Below, one piece after another: positions 45,351-59,029 of a stretch of 64,000 nucleotides of DNA. The notes below the pieces were generated by a model. That model was not told the DNA's origin. It searched no databases and saw nothing but the letters and a program-made list of their open reading frames with translations. How positions within the stretch are numbered: position 1 is the stretch's first letter; the number at the start of each line of letters is the position of its first letter. Source of the DNA: Octopus sinensis (taxonomy: Eukaryota); NCBI RefSeq assembly GCF_006345805.1, contig NC_043009.1, forward strand, positions 62,620,001 through 62,684,000, given 5' to 3'. A program made the translations under genes and the position numbers.

Positions 45351-46780
45351 TAATAATAAACTACATTCAGTTCTAACACACTACTAGCAAGCAACTATGT
45401 AAAAATGTAAATATCGTAACACATTACTGTAAATAAATAAATAAATGTTAACTATGTTGGACTTGGTTTTATTGTGTTACAACACGAAGCTTAACATGAT
45501 ACTTAATATATCAACCCCGATATAACCAAAACCACGTATCTTTCTAGAGAAAAAAAAAACCCTTTTACATCATCCTATTGTTTTTGTAAAGAAACATTAA
45601 AAATTGAACTATTCTCGAATAAATTAACGACTAAATAGAATAAATGATTGGATTATCTTTGAAACTGGTTATAAAATGAATCCATGCCATAGCTATTGAA
45701 TTTCTTTAAGCTATAATTTATAGGGTTGAAATAGTTAATAACAAGACACATTGCAACACCTGTTATGAGACGTAATACATATATGAAACTTAATAGCTAG
45801 TGCTGTGTCAATGCAGCAGGCAATTTGTAAAAATCATCCTGAAGCAAATCTAAGCGATAGTTAGCCATGGTTATATTGGTCCGTTCTAGCTTGTCACTAT
45901 TAATAACACACATAACACCAACTGAATGGCATAGAAAAGAAGGCGGTTAAAGATACTAAACTTCTTTCTTTTTCCTCTTATATATGTGTATGTAACGCCG
46001 CTCTATAGAAGCGATTTTTTTCTTCGTGCTGGTTGAATATGTCGAAATATCAAGCAATACTAATAATAAATACGTATGAAGTTAACTGAATAAGAATTCT
46101 AAATGTTTATATATTTGTTTGTAAGATAAATAGTTACAGAAGCTGTCAGCAAAGATGTGGAACAATGATTAGACAATCCAAATGGCTTAGCATAAAGTGG
46201 TTGTTTTAAACTTGAAATAATTAGTTTTATCAGATGTAAACATTAAAAGAACAATTGGGTGCCTTTGTGATTTATAGTGATTCACAACTGGCTATTTACC
46301 AGTTTCTTTCAGTTTGGACTCATTGAATTTCACACTTTTTTAAAAGAAGAACGAAAGCTTAACAATATGACATTAATTAGGTACAATCAATCTTTATTAG
46401 CCTCCACTGAAATAGAAGCCTAACCAGGAATTCTTTAAAATCAATGATAAGAGAAAATCCGAAACATTTTTCTTTTTTCTTTTCCGACATTGCGAACATC
46501 GCCATTTTTCTCATTCTTTTTAATCTGTTTTCCCTCCATTTTTCTTTCATATTTCACGCCGTTTCTTCTCCCATTTTGCTTATTTCCTCTCCTTTTCTAT
46601 CTTCTTTTCTCTCTGTTAAGTTTATTTTTCGACATCTTTCTCTCTTTCCTTCCGTTATTTTATAATTTTTCCACTAGCCTTTCTATTAAAATTTCCACTT
46701 CAATCAGTTTTTCCCCTCCTTCCCTTTTTATCATTACTCTTTCTTCTACGTACACATCATTCTCTCTCTCTTTCTCTCAT

Positions 46781-47992
46781 CGGAATTCAGGCTTCCGCCA
46801 CTAGAAGTCACTTGATGCGACCCTCAGGCATCAGTTTTGCCGACGGCGTCGTCGAATACAGTCGCAATGCCTCTTTGTTTTGCAGTGCTTCTCTCCTGTT
46901 TGTCGATTTTTGCGATGGCTGAAACGAAGGGACAGCGTGCTTCCGTGAAATTCTGTTTTCTGCTGGGGGAAACGGTGGCCGAAACAACTGCCATACTTGA
47001 AACAGCTTACAAAGAAGCTACCATGAGCAAAACACAAGTTTACGAATGGTTTTCACACTTTAGAAATGGTCACTTATCGCTGGAAGACCAACCTCGTTCA
47101 GGACGACCTCCCAAACGAGTGAAAGCATCAGGAAAATTCATGAACTGATCTTGGAAGACAGTCACCGAGCAATTGACGAACTTGTTGATATGATTGGTGT
47201 GCCCTGAAGATCCCGCCAATGAATTTTGAGCGAGGAATGAAAAGAGCTGCAGCAAAATGTGTGCCTCACTTGCTCACGGAAGATCAAAAGCAGTCATGAC
47301 TGAATGCATGTTGGAAATTGATCTGGACCTTTTTTCGAACGCCATCACAGGTAACGAAAGCTGGTGCTACGGTATTTGCAGATGTGGAAGAGGTGAAGAA
47401 AATTTCGACAATGGCGTTGAATGACATCACTTCAGAAGAGTTGCAGCACTGCTTCGAATAGTGGGAAATGCGCCTGGACCTGTGCATTGCTCCAAATGGA
47501 GAATGGAATGGAAGCACTCCGTCGGTTACGACGACGAGGGTTCCGGTTGATCCGAATCAACGGAACAGCCTGCTCGTGAAATTAACGTGTAAGTGGCTGA
47601 GCACTCCACAGACACGTGTACCCTTAACGTAGTTCTCGGGGAGATTCAGCGTGACACAGAGAGTGACAAGGCCGGCCCTTTGAAATACAGGTACAACAGA
47701 AACAGGAAGTAAGAGTGAGAGAAAGTTGTGGTGAAAGAGTACAGCAGGGATCACCACCATCCCCTGCCGGAGCCTCGTGAAGCTTTAGGTGTTTTCGCTC
47801 AATAAACACTCACAACGCCCGGTCTGGGAATCGAAACCGCGATTCTATGACCGCAAGTCCGCTGCCCTAACCACTGGGCCATTGCGCCTCCAGATGGAGA
47901 ATACTTTGAAGGCCATAAAAGTGTAAACATGTAAAACTAAGTAAATAAAATAATACTGCAAAATTCCGGTTTCTTTTGGGTACCTCCTCGTA
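46781..47992 (+). mobile_element. Non-autonomous mariner (Mos1-like) transposon with internal deletion and a SINE insertion
   Basis: MAETKGQRASVKFCFLLGETVAET...KTQVYEWFSHFRNG..LEDQPRSGRP; VPHLLTEDQK; ITGNESWCYG fused to FADVEEVKK...W..RLDLCIAPNGEYFEG; 3' TIR ...CCGGTTTCTTTTGGGTACCTCCTCG|TA; 5' TIR mostly absent. Confidence 0.9.
47505..47887 (-). mobile_element. Young SINE group C with 15-bp TSD
   Basis: CTCCAAATGGAGAAT (47490-47504) / CTCCAGATGGAGAAT (47888-47902); CpG-rich; intact A and B boxes; (TTCCA)n tail. Confidence 0.95.
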
Positions 47993-49134
47993 TATATAAG
48001 TATATAAAACCTTCGACGTTTCTATCCAAAATGGTTCCCCACCCAATATTTACATACTATTATTCATAGCTTTGTGGGTGCTTCGAGATTCACTTTTCTA
48101 AAGATGACACCAAGACTCACACACACAGGATTTTCCCCTTCAAACTCGTCAATGTCAACCTAAAAATTCGCCATTCCTAGTCAATTTAAAAGTAATTACC
48201 ATTGGAGGTTTCAATTATCTTTTTACGAGCAAGCATTGACATCAGAGATTATTTATTGGTCGCAGAATGTGAACTTAATGTTCCGAGGTTAAGGGTTACA
48301 AGTTTTGTATAATAAACATTGTCGTGCCTTACTTTATCGTAAATACAACCTACATTTTAGTACATTAGGTATGAAATTACATATTTTACTATACACATGC
48401 GTATAAAACAAAAATAAACAACATCAATTTAATCTTTTATTCATTATTTATGTACGTAAATATATTGATCGACGTCGATTACCGAAAAGAATTGTACCTG
48501 ATTTTTTTTTAGGAATATGTTAAGAGAATTAAATGGGAATATACATCAATATAGAGAATTGATTTTGTCTTTAACTTTGTGAGTGTGTGTGTAGGAGGAA
48601 TTCCACATTAAAAATACCGATTACGATTCTGATTGAAAGATTTTTCTTTTCTTCAAAATTTCAATTTTTTTTCTCTCAAAATATCGATACTACTTGCTTA
48701 TGATAATTTCGTACTTCCAATTCGTGACCATAAACCGAAAGAATAGCCTTTATATGGAATCTGACTTTGTAAAGTCGTGAGCAAATAAGAATTTTCGTAT
48801 TTCTAGAGATGTTGTCTGTTTTAGACGCAGCAAATGATTTTAGCTCAATAGAGGTCATAGGATTGGTTAAAATTCGAAAAATTAAACTACGTTAAACTTA
48901 CAAATTACAATTTTCTCAAGAAAGCCAAGAGAAAAAATGCTTTATTTTGACAAATTCTACCAGTATACGAAGTTTAAAAGTGTTTAGTTAACTAGAAATT
49001 GTGTTGAAAACTGCCGTTCAAAAGGAAAAGATCCGTGACATTTTTACCTAAATTCGGATTGGGTAAACAAAAACTGAAATAAGCCCTTCGTACACATACA
49101 CACAAACCTTTGTGTATGTGTGCCTTTCTGCTTC

Positions 49135-49320
49135 TCCCATCACTGCTTGACAAAGGTACAAAGGTGTTTACGTACGCGCAACTTAGCGGTTCGGCGAAGA
49201 GGCCGACATAATAAGTACTAGGCTAAAAGTAAGTGCTGGGGTCGATTTGTTCGACTGGACCTTTCGGAGCAGTGTCCCAGCATGGCCGCAGTCCCATGTC
49301 TGAAACAAGACATGTTCTGT
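49135..49320 (+). mobile_element. SINE group A 3' part
   Basis: AACTTAGCGGTTCGGC...ATAAGTACTAGGCT...GGGGTCGATTTGTTCGACT...CAGCATGGCCGCAG. Confidence 0.75.
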
Positions 49321-50219
49321 CTTACTGGCATGTCTACTTTACTTCCATGAAGAGTGTATGTGTGTGTGGAGGATATATATATTATATATATATACATCCT
49401 TAATATCATTTGCCATCGATCAAACATTACTTGTTAGAATGAAAAGGAAAAAAAAAGAACTCGGCCGATATATTCAAATGACTATTGCTAGAGTATATTG
49501 TCTAAATTATAAATAGCACGAGGAAAGATAACATCGCTAATTGTGTTTAGCTAAATATATTCAGTGAACCTTCAGAGAAATTATTTCACTCCTATTTAAT
49601 ACTCTCGTGCTGATTGCAAGACTAGTTTCCATTATGTGAACAACGCAAACCGACATACAACCAACCATACCCTCACCTCTCTCTCTCTCTCTCTCAACTC
49701 ACTTTACATTTCCATTCACTTTCTAATGCTATTAATTTACATTTGTCGCCAGCTAACACTTGCCGGCAAATGTTCGTGCACAGACATCGTATATTTGCGA
49801 AAATATTGTTAGAAGCCGCTTCTTGGTAGTTTGCCAACATTGACCCCTGAAATAATCACACCTCACCCTTTCCGTCGACCTAATTTCCATTTTAGAAGGG
49901 TTCACAAATTCAGCTGTTTAGAACTTCAAATATTCCGAGCTCGTCGCCGTTTCCTGGCTCACACATCTCACCTTTCTCATAAATCACTGTGCGCTTTTTC
50001 CCATCCATACGCTTTGTACGTCTCTCACTCACACATAAAATATCATTGTTTGTATTCATGTATGCATGTGTGTCGGTCTATCAGTAAACTTATTTGTGCT
50101 TCGTCTACGAATGGGAAATCAGCGATACTCTGTGTGTGTGTGTGCGTGTGTGTGATAATTTCAGGCTATTTGCATTCCTGCTATCAGTAACTTAATTCTA
50201 TGTTACAACCATTCTTAAA

Positions 50220-50490
<271 letters not shown>

Positions 50491-52464
50491 GTATAATACA
50501 CACTCGTAGCTCATGCTTCTAAGCGCGCGACTTATCTACAGATACAGTCTCTCGTGCTCTCTATGTACATATATATATATATACACATAGTATTTTTCCT
50601 CAGAAATAAAAGTACATGCACACACGCACACTTTCTATGCACTCACAGAAGCTGTTGCGATCTTCCTGCTAGTGTCTTGCTGTGTGTGAGTCTGTGTACG
50701 TATGTGTGTATATTCCCCCAGTCCCACTAAATGTCTCATCATTACATCAGCCAGCATGCAGCTCTTGTTACATAGCACTTCCTACTTTCTTTTCCCTTAC
50801 TAACAAACACTGCTGACTTCACATAATGGATGTTTCTGATTTCCTTTGCAATCTCTTTATATTTATCGAACAAAACTATATCAAAAACGAGTTACTTTTT
50901 ACATAAAGCCAACACACAACTCTTGTGTTAGTTCCATTATATTTTAAATCAAGACATGTTAAGCAGATAGAGCTAAGTTAGCTCCCTTGCCGATGGCACG
51001 CACCTTGTGTGCTCGGGAAAAAAATGGGCGGCACGAATTAACTGGGAATGATTAATTTTTAGTGAAACGACTTTGTTTTTGTTTTTAATTGTATTTTCGC
51101 CTCGTATAGCATGAAAATAATTGAATTCTACAGAAGATACAATTATCTTTGTCAAGCTTTTTATTTTGCAGTTAAATTTCTGTGTGACTTAGTGGTTTTG
51201 ATGAAGATGGCGAAAACCATTTTGATAATTGATAAATCCAAGATGCATAATGGAATGGAGAAATAAGTAAACATTGCCTCTTGTCCTGCATTTCCTCCAG
51301 TTCTCCAATATCTCTTCTCTAAGCAGAATTCAATTAAGCGAAAACTCAGATATTACATTGAACATAAAGGATTATATCTCTACTTTGCCAGCCTTGGCTG
51401 CTGTAATACTTTCATATTCAAACAATAAATTTCCCGATTCTAACTGGAAGATGTAGTTTTCCATTCTCACCTAGTTACATCATTTACTTGTACCATAGCA
51501 ATCGTTCTTTAAAGCAAAAAGTAAAAGGCTAGCATCATTACCCCACTCCCTGTTCTAACAAACCATCACGGCAACTGCAATGAGGGTGGAGTTGTTTCTT
51601 TAATAAGGATTTTCGCCGGTCTGTTACTTCTATCTGCCTGATAGATTCAAAGTATTGTGTATCTTTAGCGGTGGAGTTACGACGCTGTCTGAGCAAACCA
51701 TCACAGTTGTGGTATATGTTTGCCTAACGACATGACTTAGTCATCACAGCTTGTGGCAGATGTTTGTCTATAACGACATGAACAAACTATCTCTGTTGAT
51801 GATGACAGGGTTCTATTCAATATGCCCGTTGGGAGTTCGTTGCATGATCTCAGAATGTGATACATGGACCTATCCGTTCACTTTCAAGACATTCAAGAGC
51901 TGCTCCAGGTGACAAAAACAGAATGTGCCTATACAAAAAGCCAACCATTACGCTGTTATAAGGTAATTATGGTGAATGCAAGAGAATAAATGGCGGTTAA
52001 AATGACGTATCACAAAGATGAAAGAGTCGTACTTAATATAATTTCCGTGTTCTATTCAGTAGAACTGGTTTGTGAGTTTTTATATTTACTTGATGTGTAA
52101 AGTGGTAAATTAGATATGGAAAAAACCCCCATAAAACTCCTGCATAAGAATCACATAGCCATTGACAAGGAACTAATTTAATTCTCATTCTTAGAGCGAC
52201 CGTGCTCATTTAGTGTGTAGCGCAGTTTTTCTCATGGCCAGACATCAGATGCTAAGTAAGTATACACGGCTCAAGCATTGATGACTGAGTTTGATCTCAG
52301 TATAGAAACTTAATGGCTTTAAGCTATTTATATTCCTATCATCAGTAACTCCATTCTTTATACAATATTAATTTAGATTTCAGTCACTCTTAACAGCTTG
52401 TACTGTATTTGCTCTCCAGAGGACTTCATTCACTATTGCATTCAGCTGTTATATTTGGCAGTAC

Positions 52465-53060
52465 AATCATCATCATCATTTAACACCCATGGCTTGGACG
52501 GTTTGACAGGAGCTGACAAGCCAGAGGAGAGTGCCAAGCTCTACTTTGGCAAGGTTTCTTATTTCTTTATTGCCCACAAGGAGACAAACAAGGACAGACA
52601 AACGGATTAAGTCGATTACATCGACCCCAGTGCGTAACGGGTACTTAATTTATCGACCCTGAAAGGATGAAAGGCAAAGTCGACTTCAACAGAATTTTGA
52701 ACTCAGAACATAATGGTAGACGAAATACCTATTTCTATTTCTTTACTACCCGCAAAGGGCTAAACACAGAGAGGACAAACAAGGACAGACAAACCAATTA
52801 AGTTGATTATATCGACCCCAGTGCGTAACTGGTACTTAATTTATCAACCCCGAAAGGATGAAAGGCAAAGTCAACCTTGGCGGAATTTGAACTCAGAACA
52901 TAATGGTAGACGAAATACCGCTAAGCATTTCGCCCGACGAGCTAATGTTTCTGCCAGCTCACCGCCTACTTTGGCAAGGTTTCTGTGGGTGGATCCCTTT
53001 CCTAACACCAACCACTTTACAGAGTATACTGGGTGTTTTTTATGTGGCACTTGCAAGACA
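52465..53060 (-). mobile_element. RTE 3'-UTR-derived repeat hosting a SINE B insertion
   Basis: ATCATCATCATTTAACACCCATGGC...; resumes after the TSD at 52985 with GGATCCCTTTCCTAACACCAACCAC. Confidence 0.7.
52560..52965 (-). mobile_element. SINE group B dimeric form, perfect 19-bp TSD
   Basis: CTACTTTGGCAAGGTTTCT at 52541-52559 and 52966-52984; two tandem core/tail units. Confidence 0.92.
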
Positions 53061-53091
53061 AAGAACTCTCAACTGAGAGGGGCAATATATA

Positions 53092-53365
53092 CAGGAGTTG
53101 AACAAAATAATGGAAACACCTTAAAATTTCAAACAAATTTATTTCGACATGGAGTAGGACTGCCTTTGGCAGTATAATTACAGCTTGAATTCTATGAGGT
53201 TTGGACTCGTACAAAATTTGAATTGCTTCCAAAGGAATTTTTGCCCATTCTTCAGCTAAAACAGTCTCCAGTTCTTGTAGTGATCATGGTGGAGGATATC
53301 GATTCCTTACTTGTTTTTCTAAAATGCACCATAAATGTTCAATAATATTGAGATCTGGGTGGCCA
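53092..53365 (-). mobile_element. Tc1-like transposon 3' end (transposase C-terminus plus TIR)
   Basis: PDLNIIEHLWCILEKQVRNRYPPP.SLQELETVLAEEWAKIPLEAIQILYESKPHRIQAVI; TA|CAGGAGTTGAACAAAATAATGGAAACACC terminus. Confidence 0.88.
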
Positions 53366-53677
53366 GAAAGAAGAGGCAGCAATTTGCCAGTCACTGCTTG
53401 TAACACACAAATTCACCCAGGAGCCAAGTCATTAACTAGGAACTCACCCATGGACGGATGAACTTGTAGGCTTTCCAAAACCTTGGTTAAAAGACCTTCT
53501 GGAGGATGGTGATACCAGAACTGCTGATGAATTTCAAACACGGATGATAAAACAGGATATTTGTCTGTGATTTATCTGAAGCAAATGCATATTCCAATTG
53601 ATAAATGCTAATGATCTTTTTCTGGAACAGGTGTATACAGACATATGTAGCAGACCAGCAATTCTGCTCCAATGTCT

Positions 53678-53915
53678 ACATCATCATTATCATCATCATC
53701 ATTATCGTTTAACGTCTGTTTTCCATGCTAGCATGGGTTGGACGATTCGACCGGGGTCTAGGAAGCCAGGAGACTGCACCAGGCTCCAGTTTGATCTGGC
53801 AGTGTTTTTATGGCTGGATGCCCTTCCTAACGCCAACCACTCCGTGAGTGTAGTGGGTGCTTTTTACATGCCACTAGCACAGAAGCCAGTCAAGGCAGCA
53901 CTGGCATCGGCCATG
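53678..53915 (-). mobile_element. RTE 3'-UTR-derived repeat
   Basis: (CAT)n CGTTTAACGTCTGTTTTCCATGCTAGCATGGGTTGGACG...GGATGCCCTTCCTAACGCCAACC. Confidence 0.85.
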
Positions 53916-54869
53916 TGGCAGAGTTTAAGCCTGACAAAAAAGATATAACCTTGTTGAAAGATCATAGAATAAGCCATGATTTCAAGAGATGTAGTTCTCC
54001 AAGCGATTCTGCTGGGTTCTTGTGTTTAGTCTAGATTTCAGTTGATGTCTGTCCTCACATTCCATCTTGAATATTTTCAGGAATACTTAACTGCTATTAG
54101 AATGTTTCATTAGGTTCAGCGACCTCTTGGTAATGTTTAGGTTACTTTCCCTATATTTTTCAATTGAGGTGATTGTATTGATTAATAAAAAAGACAAACA
54201 GCTGAAACAAAAGGTGTGTGTTCAGTCATACATGAGTTAGACAAATGTGGCTGATACTCAGGTTCCAACAGTTGAGTTGATTATCATAAACACCTCTAAG
54301 CTGATTTTGTGCGTATTCAGCATATAGGCCTGTCTCCATTCAAATTAATTAGCGGTGTTGGAGAGAACAAGAGTGCATCAATCAATCAATAGCAAAAATC
54401 TGCACACTTTCAATTATTCAAAATAGCAAAATTGATGGACACACATACACACCAATTTTGCGGATGGACAGAGTGTGATGTCAAAGACAGGTTCTGGGAT
54501 AATTAACGTCTCCTCACAGCTACAGAAGTTATAGGCCATCCATTCATTCTCACTCTGCCAGACATTTTCCGCTCACCATGTCAGTTTCTGATTTTATCTT
54601 TTATTACCTGTAAGGTAGCAAATACAGCAACCGATGCACTCATGCCAATAGTTACTGACCACAGCAAGTTCAATTAGATGACCCGCTGTGAGTTCATCCA
54701 TTTTATTATGCAGGTTTTATTTATATTCTTGCTGTCTTCTTCAGTTGGCCTCTTTTAATGATGGATGGACTTTAGGACTGAGAGTAAAGAATACATGGTT
54801 AGCAGTAGCAAGAAGCTATTTGGTTTCATCTGACAACACAAACTCTCATCCATAGATACACCGTTTCCA

Positions 54870-55175
54870 CACATACACAGCTACACACACACACTCTCTC
54901 TCTCTCTCAATATACTCACATATACTTTCATATGCTACATCCTCCCTTCCTCTCTCTTTCTCTCTACACACACAAACACGCATGCGCATACACACACTCA
55001 CACATGCATACATACACACACAGAAACACACATGCACACACAAACACATACACACACACGCACAGAAACATGCCTGTAAATACACACACTCACACACATG
55101 CACACGCATACACACACACGCACAGAAACATGCCTGTAAATACACACACACTCACACACACACACACACACTTCC
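54870..55175. repeat. (CA)n compound microsatellite with a ~60-bp tandem duplication
   Basis: CACGCACAGAAACATGCCTGTAAATACAC occurs twice, 60 bp apart. Confidence 0.85.
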
Positions 55176-56704
55176 ATATTCCAACATCCAAAACTGCCTT
55201 TTCTCTCCCTCTCCACACTCGCATACTATTACACACTGTTAAAAGATGTGCAGAGCATAGCACTGAAAAAAAAAAAAAAGACCCAGAAAATTAAGTGAAC
55301 GTGTGAACAAAAAATTTATTAAGAAACAGAAAAATAAATTCAGTCTGAAAGTACAAAATTGAGAGTCATTCACTTCGTTGTGTGATATTCCATTTATTAA
55401 TTAAATATTTTTGTATTTTACTCCTTGATGGGATTTCAGTGAAGTTGTGTTGGTTAATACAAGAATTGTATCATTTGATTCTAGATGGTTCCGACTGTAT
55501 TAGCCCTATTATAAAGCTGTTAGCTGTGCATACAAGCTAGTGCAATCTGGTATTTCACCACTATATCACCTCTCACTGTCTTCTTTACTATCCACCACCC
55601 TTTATAGATTTTTGGCTGGATATGTGTGTATTATAACAGTTACTGCTGTCAGAAAGTAAGACAGGAGTAAATGGAGACCAATGTGTGTGTACATGTATGT
55701 GTATGAATGTGTGTCTGTGTGTGTATGAATGTGTGTCTGTGTGTGTGTATGAATGTGTGAATGTGTGTATGTGTGTGTGTGTGTGTGTAACAAGGCCACC
55801 AGTGGCAATATAGCAGCTAATAGTTTCATTGTAAGAAGACTTAAGTGCAATGTGTGGCTTGGCTTTCCTTTTACCACATATCTGACTTGCCTACCTATAT
55901 CTCCCTACCACCACCCCTTTCACACCTCTTTCGGTCTTTATTGTGTGAAGAAGGAAAAAAGAAAGAAAAAACCCAATAAAAAAACATTGAGTAGTGATAT
56001 AATGATGTTAAAAAAATCTCAGTGTTATAGACAGATTGGTAAATATACTCCAAGCTTTTAACATGTTAAAATGGTTTGTGACAATCACCACCAACATCAT
56101 CAAAATCATTTTAATGACTATTTGCACCCTGATATCATAGATTGAATATGTCTTTGATACAGAAAATGTCTGGATGTCACTCACTCCTATGACATCTCAT
56201 CTGTAACACTCAATATTTTCTGACCTGACCTAAATTGTCCCAAAGCCTTCTTCTATGTTCTACCTCAACCTTCCTTTACCAACTCAGTACTTTTTCACCC
56301 ACTACAAATAATCCATTCACATCACATTCTATCTATCTCCTCCGTTATACATCTGTCACAACAGGCTTTTGTGCTTTTGCTAACAGTTTACTTTGTGAAA
56401 ACACTTGCACTCAACCATTTTTCAATTTAATACTTTATCAGCCCCTATCCTTACAGATTCTTACTTACTTAAGCCCTATCAGGGCCATATTAAGACCAAT
56501 AGAGGCCCTAAGCACTTCAAAGATTTTGGTGCCATCGTATATATAATTCAAAATATAAGCAGTAATAAACTATAAAATAAATTTCAACTTTTCAAAATGG
56601 AACAAAACTAAGAGTAAGATGGAAAATAATGTTTATTTCTATGTATTTCCACTTTATTTATATTTGAAAAGTTTTCTCCTACTTTTTTTTAAGTGCAAAG
56701 TCTT

Positions 56705-56945
56705 TGATCAGATCCTCTCTATGACACCATAGTCTTTGCTGGACATTGTTGTAGAGCTGAAAACGAGGTAATTTCTACTCTTCTCTTCTGGAAGCCATCT
56801 ACTCGCAATACCAGAGGGCACACACTCTCCTACCCTGATGTAATCTCCAGGAATACAAGCATCCAGCAACAGGACCTCCGTAATTGAAGTCTGGAGTAAC
56901 ATAGTAAATTCCATTGTCTTGACCACAGTCAAACAATGATCATGA
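56705..56945 (+). mobile_element. RTE-clade LINE 3' end
   Basis: FAGHCCRAENEVISTLLFWKPSTRNTRGHTLSYPDVISRNTSIQQQDLRN; ends GTCAAACAATGATCATGA. Confidence 0.8.
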
Positions 56946-57051
56946 CGACACCATGAACACTTCAAAATTATATTCCCATTCATATAAACCATTTGGAATA
57001 TTATTTTAGCAAGATTAAAGTGATTTCTTTTGTGCCATAAGTCATTTACCA

Positions 57052-57281
57052 AAGGTGGCAAGCTGGCAGAAACGTTAGCATGCAGGGCGAAATGCTTAGC
57101 GGTATTTCATCTGATGTTACGTTCTGAGTTCAAATTCTGCCGAGGTCGACTTTGCCTTTCATCCTTTCGGGGTCAATAAAATAAGTACCAGTTATGCACT
57201 GGGGTCAATATAATCTACTTAATCCCTTTGTCTGTCCTTGTTTGTCTCCTCTGTGTGTAGCCTCTTGTGGGCAGTAAAGAA
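57052..57281 (+). mobile_element. SINE group B monomer with 15-bp TSD
   Basis: ATAAGTCATTTACCA at 57037-57051 and 57282-57296. Confidence 0.92.
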
Positions 57282-57299
57282 ATAAGTCATTTACCATTT

Positions 57300-57665
57300 C
57301 TCTGGTGCCTCCCTAAACACGTGCTTCACACATGTTTAGTTTGCTTTATGCTTAATGCAGCCCCAATCCCTTTGCTCCGTATGGAATATAGGACATCAAT
57401 AATTTTTCTCCGCTCAATAATCTTTTTCCTCTCCCAAGTCTTGTTGGTTTTGAATTGTCATCAATGCTTCTGTAACTTTGATTTTCTTCTTCCAGGTAAG
57501 GCTGTTGGCCCTACACAAACCCAGTTTTACCTCTGGGAAGAGGTGATCCATATTAGTCTGGCCTCTACCCTTTGACCTATCCTGCATGAAAGGCTCTGCC
57601 AGGAGCTTACATTCTGGTGTCTTGGCTCTCAGAGTCATTGAGGCACCTCATCACAACAAAGACTA
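57300..57665 (-). mobile_element. RTE/BovB-like LINE 5' leader remnant
   Basis: Minus strand TTGTTGTGATGAGG..TGCCTCAATGACTCTGAGAGC...GGTCAAAGGGTAGAGGCCAGACTAA...GGGTTTGTGTAGGGCCAACAGCCTTACC resembles RTE 5' UTRs. Confidence 0.55.
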
Positions 57666-58384
57666 AACCTTGAGGAAGATAGTTCTATACTCACTGTTAT
57701 ACAATAACATACATCTTTCTTCAACCTATCATTAATGAAATAGCCTGTGTGTGGGTCTTTCATCAACCTGCTGGAAATATCAGTCAAATCTCCCTCAAAT
57801 GACACCCTGCCATCTTGTAAAGAGAGGGCACATGTTGGATAAAATAGTCCTTGATATGTAATGTCTGAGAGAAAGACAGTGAATATGGCTGGAATATTTT
57901 CATCAAAGGCTTTGCTTAGTCAGGACTAAACAACAATAGCAGGCATAGTCCTCTGCCTTCACTACAATACAATATCATACATCTTATATTGTATAATCTG
58001 CCACTTATATAGAAAAAGGAACATTTCGTTGAACAATGTACTTAATAGATAATTAAACTTCTGATAATTAAATTACAATTTTCACAAAGTGAAGAGAATT
58101 GAAAATTCAATAAATGATAAACAAAATTGCAGAATAACCAGAATATTTATAGTCTATATTGGTCAATAAATCATTGAAGTTGTGATAAGCTATAGAAACC
58201 ATTATAAATGTTAAATATGACACAAGGTTTCAATTTCCATGTCAAGAATATGATACACACAGAAGGGATGAATGTTACGAAATAAACTCAAAGGAGTTCA
58301 TGTCACTGAGATGAAGATGAGCACAGTGTTCTATGAGCTTGCTGAGTGTTATACAAACATTTGTAACTATATATATATATTTTT

Positions 58385-58540
58385 TTTTTTTCTCTCTCCT
58401 TGTTTCTTTCTGTGTTCCTTTCTGTGGAAGAGCGTAGGCTCAAAACGTAAAAGACTTTTTCTATTCCTGAGCGTTATACTAATACATCTGTTTGTTTTGT
58501 ACACCACCTGTCTTCGTCTTTTGTTTTTTTAGTAAACTCT

Positions 58541-58545
<5 letters not shown>
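58385..58545 (+). mobile_element. Penelope-like/retrozyme-like repeat with a degenerate hammerhead at 58418-58453
   Basis: CTTT-CTGTGGA-A-GAGC-gtag-GCTC-AAAA-CGTA-AAAG: same stems as 5919-5953, two core substitutions. Confidence 0.55.
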
Positions 58546-58578
<33 letters not shown>

Positions 58579-58579
<1 letters not shown>

Positions 58580-58735
58580 CATCATCATCATCATCATTTA
58601 AAGTACTGGCAACGGCCACGCTCAAGTGGTGTCTTTTATGTGCCACCTGCACAGGAGCCAATCCAGCGGCACTGGCAACAACCTCGCTCGAATGTTTTTT
58701 CATGTGCCAGTAAGGCGATGCTGGTAACACATCTT
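58579..58735 (-). mobile_element. RTE 3'-UTR-related remnant
   Basis: (ATC)n tail followed by GGCAACGGCCACGCTC...TTTTATGTGCCACC. Confidence 0.5.
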
Positions 58736-59029
58736 TTTTCACAATATTCCCTCTCTCTCTTCTCTCTTTTCCAACTGGTGCATTCTTGTATTTCCTCTAC
58801 ATCAAGGCACCTACCCTGTCCCTCTTTTATACTCTTTAACCTTTCATCACCTGGCACAAAGCCACCTCCCTCAATATTATTCCCTCCCACATATACCTTG
58901 GTTGAGGGGTCTTTGTCGTTGAAGTTGCTCAGTGACCTCACTGGTGATGGTGCTATGTAAAATTCACCCAACATCCTACTTCATTTGTTTTACATTAAAT
59001 TATAACTTATGAAAAAAGAATGTAGGATA

